From assembly GCA_002104905.1 (NCBI GenBank), contig MCFE01000351.1, positions 24,611 through 88,610 on the forward strand: 64,000 nucleotides of DNA, written 5' to 3'. Positions 14,474 through 27,707 of this stretch are shown here, piece after piece. The notes under the pieces are model-generated. The model was not told the DNA's origin. It saw nothing but the letters and a program-made list of their open reading frames with translations, and made no database searches. This DNA is from Basidiobolus meristosporus CBS 931.73 (Eukaryota; Fungi; Basidiobolomycota). Numbering within the stretch: the stretch's first letter is position 1; each line of letters starts with the position of its first letter. A program made the position numbers and the translations under genes.

Positions 14474-15074
14474 AATATCCAGGTACATTCTCTGATTGCT
14501 CTATCAAACTGGGTCTTGCTAAGGTCACCTGTTTCACACACACTGGAATTGATCAAGTTAAAATTCAGTTTGGCAGGTAGGAGCTCATAAGCTTGCTTGT
14601 CTTTTTGGATCTGAATGGCATGGGCTCTTGTGTTTATTGATGGATTATGACAAGATAGCCATGTTTTCTCAAGTACTAGGACAAACCTGCAGTTCTAAAT
14701 GTTACACACTATGCTAGTCAGTGAGCACATTGATCAGAGTTGGCTTAAGTTATCATAATAAGCTTATTTACCTAATTTTGAGCATATTGCATCTAATTGT
14801 TCATCAGTTGTCATAAATCTCATTATTATGATGCAAAAAGTATTCTCAAAAGGTGTTTTTGTGACATCATTGATGGATTACTCACAGGTTCATGTGCAAT
14901 TGTGAAATCTGCAATTGATGTGATCTGTTCTGTGCCAATGCAATCCAAGATTCATTATGCTTGATGTATTGAGAATTGAAATATGACATTGTTTTTGTAT
15001 TTATTTCATATAAGTCCAGGCTGCTAACAATTTAATGCAGTATCAGTGTCTTAGTCTATCTACACAGTGGCTAT

Positions 15075-15440
15075 TGTTGCAAGTCTTTATATAAAAGCTG
15101 TAGAGTGACAGGGAATTTAGCTGGTATTGTAATCACTAAAACCTGAAACAATTTTTGTTTAGATTCCAGCAGCTCCTTAAATACATTTTGACATGTCAAA
15201 TGCTGACATTGCATATTCCAATGTTTGGTGGGGCTGATAACTCATTTGATTTCATCAACATCATCTAATTAGATCCTACTTGATATATCCATTTCTGTCT
15301 AATAAGTATATACTGTATCATCTACTGACTAATACTACTGATTTGATAGATAAAGCTGATATACTGTTAGGTTAAACATAAAACTAACCAATTGACTAAA
15401 AGCTGATTTAATTTAAATATTCAGGCAGCAGAACATAGCA
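15075..15440 (-). repeat. Solo LTR-A with 4-bp TSD CTAT
   Basis: Plus strand TGTTGCAAG...CATAGCA, flanked by CTAT at 15071-15074 and 15441-15444. Confidence 0.8.
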
Positions 15441-16349
15441 CTATACCCAGTTGCCATTCATTTGGGTACAACTCAGACAAAATCAAGCCAACTTTGAATG
15501 TGTGGTTGGGAACAAACATAGTTGAATTGGTTCAACTTTTCCAAATGAGTATAGAAAGGCCAAGTATCTGTGATCAGCCTCCTTACAAATATTAGTGCAC
15601 AACTTGTTAAGCATTCAAAAAAATGCCTCAAAAAGCTAGTTCAACTGGAAGTACACAAGTAGAAGGCTGTCACATAAGTTCTATATCAGCATGCTGGGAT
15701 ATATATTTGACAAATTGTATTGCAAAACAGGTATTAAGATCTAGCATGATCTAAGTATAAACTGATTTGACAAGGAGGTGGCATGCAAGCAGTTCAATAT
15801 GTAATTTCCACAGTACAGACCAGATATACCCTTATGTACCAAATCTTTGGGAATCCAGGAGATTTCAAGCAGGCTTTTGGCTCATAAGACTAATGTGTGG
15901 CACCATATATTGGTGGAGCTGAACAGCTTCCAGGTGCAGTATACAGAGGACTTACAAAGCACTGTTTAATATCTCAGGGCAAGAGAAAGTGAATACCTTA
16001 ACATATCATAAGGTTAGCTACAAAAGGAAGAATAAATACTGCAGGCAGCTATCAGCCTAATTTGACAGAGCTTTTACTAAGCACTGCATCACCACCTTGC
16101 TGGTAAATCTTAACCCAGCCAACACTAATGTTCTTCACAGGAGCACTCTGAAGCAAATTTATGACTGTAGTGCAGAGCAAAACAACTAGAGTCTACTATA
16201 GTGCTGTAGTGTACATAGGTCTACCAGCTCAGGCCAAGTTACATCAATATAGAGCATCCCATTGAGCTCAGCAAAATGTCATGCTCATTTGTCAAGTTGG
16301 GCTTGCACAGGCCATCACATCTAACTATCATCTGGTTACCAATGGTGAG

Positions 16350-19300
16350 CTCCCTCACAGAATCTAACTGAAATTAGCCCAACAGCAGAAGCTGATAGCA
16401 AGTAAATAACACATCAGCTTGTGGCACTCCAGACCAGCTTCATAATATAGTCAGCTTCAAATTGGCATGGCTAAGCTGCAGCACTTCACTTGCCAACTAG
16501 ACAGGCAAATAGTGAGTATAAGTACCCAAGTTGCCAAGAAAATTGTCAACAAAGAAGTAGTTCAGGAATGCAGATTGAGTCATTACCATGTGTTTTAATA
16601 GTAATCCCCATGAGAAAACAACATTGAGAAGCTCCATAACTCTACAGCATTGGCAAAACACAAACTCATCCAAACAGTGCAAGTTATCCTGATTATTCCA
16701 ACTGTGCCATTGCAAACAAGTGATTACTAAATTGTATCTGAGATCCCCCAATGTCCTCCCTATGTTTCCTTATACAATCTCCCACATACTCCCTATTAAA
16801 GGTAATTGTGGTGCTCCTATCAAAGGGTGATTGCAAAATCAAGTTCCTGTAACTGGGAGATAGTGATACCCACTAGTACACCATGGAAAGACCATCAAAA
16901 AACTTGCACCATTGATATTCCCACACACTGATTCAAGATTTTTCATCACAACATAACATTAGTGACTTTTGACTGATTCTCTGCCAAATTTTTCACTTTC
17001 TTGTCCCAGACACTCAGTGACATTAATATATTTGTGTACATTGGTTGGCTATTCAATTGCCAATTGCACTGGCATATATAAGTCCCCATACACAACACTT
17101 ACATCAGGTCCAACCTTGCACTCAGCCACTAACTCCATTAAAATCTACCATTCAATTAGTATCTAGGCTGTAGTGCTCTTTTTCCATCACTTTGGCAGTC
17201 CTTTGACAAGGTTTGGATGGCATTCTAATGGTCTTATAGTGTTCCACATTTATTTGAGCAGACCAAATTGATCAGTATATTTGAATGCTATATATGGCAG
17301 AAAACCTGACTGTAATTTGAGAGCTACAATGTGGACATCAATTGGCATTATAACAGCTGTATAGCAGCCTACAACTCCACTCTAAATGCTACTTTGCCAC
17401 TTACCATATGATTTTTCCTTGTGTTACCAGCACTTGCACCATTAATATATTCTGTTGTAGAATTGCCCCATTGTATTTACCATTCAGAGACTACTAAGAG
17501 CATTTCAAATATAGATGGATGACCAAAACCATGGCCTCCTGCTTACTAACTTCTATGTAAAAACTCACCTGGTGCATTTCACAAACTTTCATCACCTCAG
17601 ATTTACAGCTTTTCAGTGTGCTACTTGCAAAGTTGCCATAGATCTTGCATTGCAGGTATTGTATACATTTTGCAAGCATATGCTTGGTTGCTGCCACTTT
17701 TGGCATGAATACCTCTTGAAATCATTCAAAACACCTTTTGGTGCTTGGCACATATATTTATTTTCTCCGCTGAATTCTGGTACCCATATAGGTATGCACT
17801 GCTTCTTGCTTGTATAAGTTCCCTATGCAATGGTGTACTATTTAGCTTGTACCCAGGAGCAACCCTGCATACCTTGGCAAAGTTGTCCCATCAAAAATTA
17901 GCTGCTTGTTGCATCCAACCCAACTTGAATTATGTAACTGATAGTATTTTCATCTTGACTTTGCTTGGTATCTTCCCACACACTTACTCAGCAGACAACT
18001 ACTAAGAGTTGCAACAAGGTCTAACAATCACCCCACAGAGAGCAAGATAGAGCAGAGAATGGATGCAGTTGCATCAAAGATCTAGATTTCAAGCTTTAGG
18101 CCCATGGTATGACGCCTGAGATCACAGCGCATAATCCTTGTATAAAAGCTATAGATGCATCAATCAGATAATGGCAATCAGCTTCTGGATAAGTATTCCT
18201 ACTATGTCAATATATGACACCAAATGCTATCCATGTACTCTTGACAGAAATGGCCTCAGAAGGCCACTAGAGCAAATACCTACCCAGTTCATCCAGTCCT
18301 AACATTTGTATTGTAGCATAAGCATATGTATAATGATTGAAGCTTGTGGTCCTATTTTTGGTTACAAATACTATGTAATTTCTTACCAATTTTTCAAGTT
18401 TTACAGTACTTTGAAGGGCTCATTTAGCTTGGAATGTCCCTTGCACAACTTGATCTTTACTATAGGGATCTTGTGAGACAAATATTGAACCTTTGCTCTG
18501 TTGCTGCAAAACTGATAGCAGATTCAGATTCCTGATAACTAGTGGCAGGCAGGATTTGCTAGTAGAGTACCTGCTTGGTTAGAGTCTATCAAGTGCAAAG
18601 GATAAGTCATGCTTACAAATGCCTTCAAGGTAGCCCTTGCGCATTAGTTATTGCTGATATTTTGCATTATATATAGCAGAAATATTGTGTTAGTTTTACA
18701 CTGAGCACAGTCCCTTATCACCTCCCAATACCAGCTGGACTGCATGAGCTTCTTTTGATGATGTATTACAATAATATATTTGCAATGCAAGCAATCTCCA
18801 TATGAAGCAACCTAAGGTTAAGGTTGGCCAATTAGGCCTGCTCAAATCAATATAGAGTGCATTGAGACAATTAGAATGCCAAGCAATCATTGTCAAAAGG
18901 AAGCTCAAGCACTATTCAGTTTTTACCATATTTGGCAGTATAATTGGCAAAGTGCTGATGCAATCCCATTGTAAGATTGTGTGGAGGGTCAATATCTCTA
19001 AGCTGCTGGCATCATGTCAGACTTATAGCAACATTCTGATGGCTGATCTGCACTGGACCTACCCACAGCACCAAATTAGTTTTCAGAGGACAGTGTTATC
19101 AGCAATTGTGCTGTCTGCTATTATCAAAGCATAATTGAGGCAATTAGGTGCAGTTGCAAATAGGATAGATGCAATGGCCCAGAAAAGGCAAGAAACAGTC
19201 CATAGGTGCATGAGTATATAAGACATGTAGCATATTCAATATCCCAGGTAGACAATAAAGTATCTTTATTGCAAAGATACCTAAAAGCAGGACTGGAATC

Positions 19301-20080
19301 CAGCAGGGAAAATGAACATATTGGCTTAGTACAAAAACACATGTTGCATATACTCAAGATGTATTCCTACATAAATAGTGGTAACCAGCATATCTTTGCA
19401 AGATGTGTATGTTACCTGCAGTACAAGAAGTAGGCAACTTAGCAAGTATCACACTGAAAAGCTATGAAGTTGAGGTAATAAAGTTTGTCAATTGCAGTAG
19501 GTACGTGTATGTAGAGGTTAGTAAACAGAAGGCTAAAGTTTTTGGGATTTAAAGTATATGTGAAATATCCACAGTGGTAATGGGTAAGTAAATAAATTGT
19601 GGTGATTCAGCAATGGAATATAAGAATGATGCAAGGGGTGGTAGCAAAAGTAAGTACAACTTATTAAGTTGGAATTGTAGCATTGTACAGTAATGGCAGT
19701 AGACCACTGTACTGCTGCTTTAATACCAACAAATATATGCATGAAAGCTGTTGAAATACCATCATGTTTTTTGGCCTGTTACACCTGCATGTACTGGCCA
19801 GTTAGGTCCACTCAAGTTTGGGCAGACTGCAATTGGACCATTGTAATGACATTCAAATCCTGTCAAAGGAGCACCAAAATGCTGTTACATATAGTTTCCT
19901 ATTCAGCAGTACAATTGTCTGACTACTGTTACAATTAAGTCATAAGATTTTACAGAGGGTTGATAATTTGGAGCTGCCAGCATTTGGATGGCCTTGATGT
20001 GGGATCTTGATGGCTGATCTGGATTGAATCTTCCCATGTTACCAAAGTATTTCCAATAGGGTATTCTTGCTCATACCTAG
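16350..20080. mobile_element. Cluster of CACTA Tnp2 fragments in both orientations
   Basis: Recurrent segments such as KVAATKHMLAKC (17494-17706) and QHIFARCVCYLQY (19206-19433), plus the spacer homolog at about 16930-17170. Confidence 0.65.
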
Positions 20081-21057
20081 TTAAAACACCTACCACAGTT
20101 GGAAGGTGTTCACACCCCTAGTCCTAACACATTGCTTATCACCTCTGCCTCCACCAGTGATGAAGATGTATATCTGATCAAGTCAATGGGGGAGAACAAC
20201 TTTGCATTAAAGTAACATAACATAAGTGTTTGTTGCATTGTGGCCTTATGTTAGTAGCTATTCTTAACAAAGTAGCACTGACTTGACCTATAGGTTTTCC
20301 CAACCATAAAATATAGTCAGGAACAGCCAATAAAATATACTTGGCACTGTCATGGCAGAAGTAGCACAGGCAAGGTAAAGACTATTACATTCAAAACATA
20401 GTTGTACAAAGGAATGAGTGCAATAGCCCTTGAGAGGCTGGAAAGGTGGCAAGGGATGCAGCTGATGCAGGATGAAAGTGCAATAGGAAAGTAAAGGGGT
20501 TTGCAAGATGTATGTAGGGGTCAGTATGGCAATGGCAATGTTGGATGAAAGACATAATCAAGGGTCACTAGGATGCACTGTAGGGGCCCTACAGGACATA
20601 CCTCATATATGCCCAAGAATACCACTATATAGGACTTCTACTATCCTCACTTAAAAAGCATAGTATGGCTATAATGCCATCAATGAAGTATTTCTTCAGT
20701 AAGGAATATATCTCCAAGAGAATGAAATTATCAATCCACAGCTCAATAGATGTGACAGCACCGGCTTAGATAGGAAAATAAGTTGTGGGGCTTCAGAAGA
20801 GCAACAGAGATGTAGAACATTGCAAGAGTTGGTCAAACACGTAAGAGGGGTTGTTTTGGAATTGCTGCAACCCAATGGTTATACAGGTTAGTGAAGAACA
20901 GAGATCCCCTTTGAGAAAGGAAAATTCATCTCTTGACAACCAAGAGTTACAGGCATCAAAGGAAAAGAACCAAAATCCCTTAATTAATAATGTGCAGGAA
21001 ATCCTCAAGAAGGCAACAAGCTGTGGAGAGCTGTTGAAGATCTTGAGGTTGAGGTAC

Positions 21058-22270
21058 TGTTGTGTTGTATTATGATTAGTTTGGGGCTTGTTCTACAATG
21101 TAGAGGCTAATCAACAATATACAACAACTTCCAGTATGCTAATACTGAAATAGTTTATTGGGAGTTTGATATACCGATAGAAGATATAACTTTCACTAAT
21201 TTCCTCAATCTTGGGTTCAAAATATACTGTAGGCAGTGTTTATCACTTCTACAGCAGTGTTCTGACCTTCTGTCGACTAATGGGCTTATTTACTTTTATA
21301 GTAACTTTTCCTTATTTGGAAGTCACTTTCCTTTCTGAGAAAATATTTCCTAATATGGAAATTCTGAAATCCCCTTTAACCTAAAGGGGTGTGTTGTAGA
21401 AGTCTCTAAAGGGGTGTCTTTAGAGTAAAGGGGCTTCTTGTAGTGGTCTCTAAAGTGGACTTTACACTAAAGGGGTGCCTAAAGGGGCTTCTTTAGAGTA
21501 AAGGGGTTTCTTAAAGGGGTCTCTAAAGGGGTCTTTAGACTAAAGGGGTGTCTAAAGGGGTGTCTTTAGAGTAAAGGGGTTTCTTAGAGGGGACTTTTCC
21601 AACAGAAAAGTGGTAGTTTCTTGTAGAACTTAGATTGGATTCTTGTGAGCTTTGCAGTCTCTTTACTGATGTAGTACCGATCAAAGTCAGAATACTCAAC
21701 AGTGCAAGTGATGCAGGGGAAGTCTTATAGCCTTTAAACTTGTAATTGTAGTGTGGAGATTCTGGAAAGAGAGGCTCTCTCTTTATTTTTCAGCTGGGGA
21801 AGTCATATATATGAAAATCTTGAAGGATCAAAGTTTTTGGGCAATTGCGCAAGCAATACACGTGATAGAAAGCTAAAATTTTGCAGTGGCGCAGATCGGA
21901 CATAGGCGCAGCACCTGTGATAATTTCACGTGATTTGATTGGCTGGTTCAAAAGTTACACGCGATCAAAGTCACCATAGTAATCCTAGCAATAAGGCATA
22001 GTATATATAATAGTTGGACTCTTTTGGTCATAACTCCTTAAGTACTGCTTCAAATGAGCTGTAATTTGAAACATGTGTTGGCTACTACGTGTTCTGTATG
22101 ACATAATATTCTTGGGTGGATTGCTTGTCAGGGTCTGGAGCATTTGTTCATCAAAGTTGGAAATTCTTGATCTTTCACTTGTGTGTTACAATAGCAAAAA
22201 GCAAAATAAAGAAATGAGTGCAATATTGGTTTAGAGATATTGTAGTAATGGAATACTTTCCATTACCACA
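21058..22270 (-). repeat. Solo LTR of gypsy family B (LTR-B, 1213 bp) with 4-bp TSD GTAC
   Basis: Plus strand TGTTGTGTTG...ATTACCACA with GTAC on both sides. Near-identical to 38701-39943. Confidence 0.9.
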
Positions 22271-24091
22271 GTACACACCCTGACCAAGTAGAGTGGGTAA
22301 CTACTATATCAGTATCCATGATATGCATGCAGAGAATTAAGCCACTGCATCCAAAAAGGCAAGAAAAGCTACATACAAGAGCCCTTATAAGAAATGTTGG
22401 AGTAGAAGGCATCTAAAGACCACTTGCCGGGAGGCCAATGGAACTCAGTCATCTGAGCCCTCTGATCCAAACAGCTCAAATTCGGACAAAGAGGTGTTGA
22501 CATGATGCTAGAAGCAGAGGCAATGGAAATTATGATGGAGGCTCTGCTCAAGAGAGAGAACTCAGTAATAAGTGAAAAGTAAGGGATCAGCTTTGGGAAG
22601 AAATACTAAAGCAAATACAGAATGCTAGTATGTGCTCCCATTGCTTGTTCCCTAAAATAGATTTGCTAGACCAAGCCAGGGCAACCCTCCCAATAGCTAG
22701 TTCACTGGAACTTGCCCTGGCACTTGTCAAAGAAGTGTAAGCAGGACCAAAAGTGAAAACAAACCTTGATTTCAACCAGATGGCCCTACAAAATTCAAAT
22801 AGGGGTACATATGTAAAAGTAGGTTTAGAGAATATGTAGGTATTTGTGTTCATTGACACAAAATAGTTTCAAACACCAAGCTTGAAATACTTAGCTGCTG
22901 ACAATACACAATGCACATTGATACTACCTAGAGGAGTGCTGTTGTTAAACATAAAAGAGGCTGGTTGGAACTACCAAGGACTTCCTAAAAGCATGGAGCT
23001 ATGGGATGAGCTCTACCAACTAGATGTGAATTCTAGTCTACTGCCTGTGCAACAAGACATGAGACTTGAAGGAATATTCCTACTTGCTCAAGTATTTGCC
23101 AATAACACTGTAATAAGCTGTATACCCAGATATATCACCAAATCCATCTGGCTGACAGGTACCCAATCAAGCAATAGGCCTAGAAAAGCTTGCAAAATGA
23201 GGCCTATGAATGGATGCTATCAATATAGAGAGCCACTCTCTGTGGGCCTCCCCAGTGTTGATAGTCCCAAACAAAGATGGAAAGCAAAACCTATCATTGA
23301 CCATTGGAAACTAATACTGTCATCTGCAGGATGTGTACTGGCTATTGAAGGCTGTTCAACAGGTACCTGTAACTAATAATAACAAGTTGTCTAAAAGAGA
23401 GAACAAAAGAATGCATATGGAGAGTGTGAAAGGAAGCATCTCACCTAAAACTGTTGCTACTCCTCCCACCAGTAAGGTTCAAGGTGATGTTGAAAGTAAG
23501 AACAACCTGCAAATATTGAGAAACATGGTATGGGAGCTATTGGTAATACAAACCACCTACAAGGAGACTGCATACCATTTTGAAGGAGGCCCTTGGATCA
23601 TTAAGGCAAAGGGTACTGAACTAATACCACTGTCTATACTAGGTTCACCCAGATACAAGATACAAGGAATGAGCTAGTGCCCTCTCACAAAGCCTCACTA
23701 GCCCCCCTGTCAGGTTTCACACTTGCCATTGATAGGTAGCATGGTAACTGAGGTTAACATAGCTCTGATACAAGCTGTCAGCTCACTAAAAACAGAACTC
23801 CTGATTGAAGGACTTCTCCAAGAAATCTGCAAACACTGTGAACTGCATTTTCAAGCAGGAACTATCCAAGAAATAATATAATGGCATATTAGGTGCGCCA
23901 GTATATGATCCATGCAGTCTACCAGGTGGTTGTAATACAACTGTCAAAGTGGCTCACCCTAGGGAACTCAGGAGCCAGTACCATGCTTACCTTCAAGCAG
24001 CTGAAGAAACTGCTGCAAACTCTCCAGAAGCCTGGAGGCAAGTGATGGAATGCCCTAATTACATCACATTCTTAGCTGATGTGCTGCACTT

Positions 24092-24590
24092 TTTCAGAAT
24101 ACTCAACAGTGCAAGTGATGCATGGGAAGTCTTATAGCTTTTATACTTGTACTTATATTGTGTAGATTCTCAAAAGAGAGGCTCTGTTGTATTTTTCAAC
24201 TGGGAAGTCATATATAGAAATACTCTGAAGGAGCAAAGTGCTGGGTATTGCACTAGAAATGCACATGATACTAAGCTAAAATCTTCTAAGTGTGCAGATT
24301 AAACACAGACGCAGTACCTGTAAGAATATCAAATGATATGATTGGCTGGTTCCAAAGTTACAAACAATCAAGTCACCATAGTAGTTCTGGTAATATAGGC
24401 CTTGTATATATGTTTATTATACCCTATTAATCAAAACTCCTAATGTACAACTTCATTTGAGATGTAATTTGAAGCATGTGCTGGCTACTGAGTGTTCTAA
24501 AAGACCTAATGTTCTTGGGTGGATTGCTATTCAGAGTCTTGACCATTTGCCCTTCAAAGTTTGAACTTTTTGCTCTTTCATTTGTGTTAA
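24092..24590 (-). repeat. Diverged partial LTR-B
   Basis: Aligns by eye to about 21690-22190 (cagaatactcaacagtgcaagtgatgc...). Confidence 0.7.
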
Positions 24591-24599
24591 ATTAGAGTA

Positions 24600-27500
24600 T
24601 GGACACAGTAGTGGTAGAAATCAACATGCTCAGCTTTGTGCTTGTAGTATAGTTGCTCAAATTTTGTTGTAAATTCTTTGCATAAAAGCTGTAGATGTGT
24701 CAAGTTGGCATATGTGATTGGTTTCTGGATAAATATTTTTATAATGTCAACATATGACTCCTAATGCATTCATTATACTCTTTTTGAATATGTCTTAAGA
24801 AAGTTGCCTGAATAAATATATACGCAGTCCATCCAGTCCTTGTATGTACACTGTTGAATATGCCTATGACAATTGAATGAAACCTATCAGAAGTAATTTG
24901 GGTGGCAGAACTCATTATATCTTGCCAATGCTTTCAAATTTCACTGGTATCTCAAAGGGCCCATTTAGTTTGAAATGCCCAATATACAGCTCACTATGAG
25001 TAATTACTGTAATAACCCCATCAAAGGCCATCACATATTCTAAGTCCCATGTCTAAGAATTATTGATTCCATCAGGGCACCATGCAAGGACAGTCAAAAA
25101 ATAATTGCACCCCTGATATCATAGAAAACTTAGTCAAATTTTTCATCACAACAATACAACAGTGGCTTTTGATTGGTTCTTTGCCAATTTTCTCACTTTC
25201 ACATCCTGGAGACTCTATCAACTCCCATGTTTGTGTACATTGATTGGCTAATGCCTCTTTCTCACACTACATGCTGCCTGACTCAACCATTTCTCTTGCT
25301 TTTCATGCATACAAACTGATTTATTTCTGTTGAAGCTTTAGTTATGCCTCAATTGCCAGTTGTATTGGCCTATACAAGTCCCTATACCCTACACTAACAT
25401 TAAGCCCAACCCCACACTCAACATGTAACTCCATTGAAATCTACCACCTGATAGGTATTTCTGCTGTAATGCTCTTTTCCATGTCTCTGGTGGGAGCCAA
25501 ACAGCTTTATGCCACTATTCATTTACTGGTTGCCACATGTCCTTGTCTTCAGCTGGCACTGCAAGGTGTAGCACCTCATCTGTAAGTCTTTGCAATAAAT
25601 CCTTTAAATATTCAGGTGCATTTTCTTGAGCACTGCTCTTGAAGAGGTGCTGCAACCTCTTAGTGTCCCTATTACTATTCCAAGATTCCACCAAAGACAT
25701 TGTGATAACCTTTTGAGTTGCTCATGTTGTTACTTTGTCTGTCAGTGGGATCTCCACTCTGTCAACATTGGAGGACATGGAGACTGTGGTAGACAAATTT
25801 CCTAGTCTGCAAACTCATCAACCTCACTGAAGAGTAGCCCACACTATCAAAGATAATTGGGTCCTGCAGGTGGATCCAATATGGATCAGCTGTCAAGATC
25901 CCATTTGGAGACCATCATAATACCAGTAGCTTAGAATTAGTGGCCCTCTTTACATACTTATGATGGGATCACAACCGCATTTAGCTAATTGTTCTGCTAA
26001 ATAAAGTTAAAAAACTTGACAGTTTTTGATTGGTGGTGTTGTAATAATTGCATAGCATTGTTAACATCTTAATATGCTCCACAGTTATTGTAAATGGATC
26101 TAACTGGCCAGTACATCCAATTGCTTTATATGACAAAAAACTTGTTGGTGTTTTGATGGCCTCATCACAAGTCTCCAATGGCATTATCACAGCAGTATTG
26201 AGACCTACAGCTAGTTCTGTATAATGCTACTGTATCTATTTACCAAATGGTATTTGCTTTCCACCTCCCCTTGTGCAATTCATATATTCCACTGTAAAAT
26301 CACCACTCTTTATTTGCTTACCCACTACTATCTTGGGTACTCCACATATAGCTCAAATCAAAAAATACTATGGCCTCCTGCTTACTAACCTCTGCAAACA
26401 TGCACACCTGCCACAATTGACATACTTCTATCATGTCAACTTTACCACCTTTTATTATGCTACTTGCAAAGTGGTCATGTACCATGGACTGCTGGTAACA
26501 TCTACATTTTGCAAATAAGTGCTTGGTTGCTGCAACTTCTGCCATGATTACATCCTGAATATATGCAAAGAACTTTTTTGTACTTAGCCAATAGACTTGT
26601 TCTGTTGGATGGTGCCACATTAAACCATGAGTGCCAAATGATGCCATAGTGTGCCAGGGAGGCCAAGTAAACCTATACTTGGCCATAGAGTGTGAAATGT
26701 AGCTCTGAATCTTCATGCAAAGCAGCCCCTACGTTTCACCCATGATGAAGGAGAAAATCCATTTTTTGACATTTTTTTGTGGATCAATGTTGTGCAGGAT
26801 GTGTAAGAGCACTGAAGAGCTGAAGACATGCATCAGGCACTCAATACCCTTGGCACTCTAAAACTAACTCCTCTGGCTTGTCACATGTCAGAAAAATGCA
26901 TGGCACTATCATGGTACACTGGTACTATCTGGCACTATATTTAATTATTAGCCCTAAAGTAAGATCTATACAAGGCACTTATAGTGACAGATAGTACCAG
27001 TGGGCCAAGATAGTGCCATGCCTTTTTCTGACATGTGACAAGCCAGAGAAGTTAGTTTTAGAGTGCCATGGGTATGGGGTACCTGATGCATGTCTTCAAA
27101 CCTTTTGTGCTGTTACACATCTTGCACAACATTGACCTAAAAAAAAAGGTCAAAAATGGATTTTCTCCAACACAATGGGTGAAACACAGGGGCAGCTTTG
27201 CATAAAAATGCAGAGCTATGTTTCACACTCTGTGGCCAAGTATAGGCTGACTTGGCCTCCCCAGCGCACTATGGCATCAATTGGCACTCATGGCTCAATA
27301 TGGCACTATTCAATGGAACAAGTCTAATATATTCCTTCTCCATGCTGGCTTCTAGTCCCCCTTACAGATGCACTCTGGTTCTTTTTTGTGTGAATTCTAT
27401 ATTGAATGATGCAGAAGTTGGCTTGTGACCAAGAGAAACCTGGCATACTTTAGTAGAGCTTTCCTAATAAAAATTAGTTACTAGTTGCACCCAATCCAAC

Positions 27501-27707
27501 ATGGCATTACTTAACTGATTACCCACACTTTGGGGCTACTTGGCTTCTTAATTCCATAGGCATAGGTGTCTCCATGTGCGCATCTGCCCTCAGTATTTTC
27601 CAACTCTTCCTGGCTGTCCTCTATGTACCAACTCACCCCATCCATTACAGACTTGAAGGTAATAGTCTTGAAGAGATTAGAATATGGTAGTACCTGCAAA
27701 TTGACTT
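24600..27707 (-). mobile_element. CACTA-like relics (Tnp2 pieces, spacer, ORF-X) interrupted by a palindromic MITE
   Basis: ORF 27511-27714 (QVLPYSNLFKT) and ORF 26318-26716 (AEVAATKHLFAKC) join up once the MITE is removed. ORF-X is at 25515-25700. Confidence 0.7.
26593..27325. mobile_element. 733-bp foldback MITE-like element: about 345-bp inverted arms, about 42-bp spacer, 3-bp TSD AAT
   Basis: Ends AGACTTGTTC...GAACAAGTCT with AAT at 26590-26592 and 27326-27328. Removing it restores CCAATATATT, as seen in the uninterrupted copy near 10380. Confidence 0.85.

Noticed and set aside
21381-21600. CRISPR-like repeat-spacer array
   Set aside because: Units are 8-19 bp, degenerate, lack unique spacers, and lie inside a eukaryotic LTR with no cas genes.
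22400-23700. ORFs of 164 and 114 aa as host genes
   Set aside because: CpG-depleted, broken by stops and interrupted upstream by an LTR; most likely retroelement gag-like debris whose family I cannot assign.
26940-26980. CCCTAA in the MITE spacer as a hairpin-telomere or linear-plasmid end
   Set aside because: A single hexamer; the element has a clean TSD inside another transposon.
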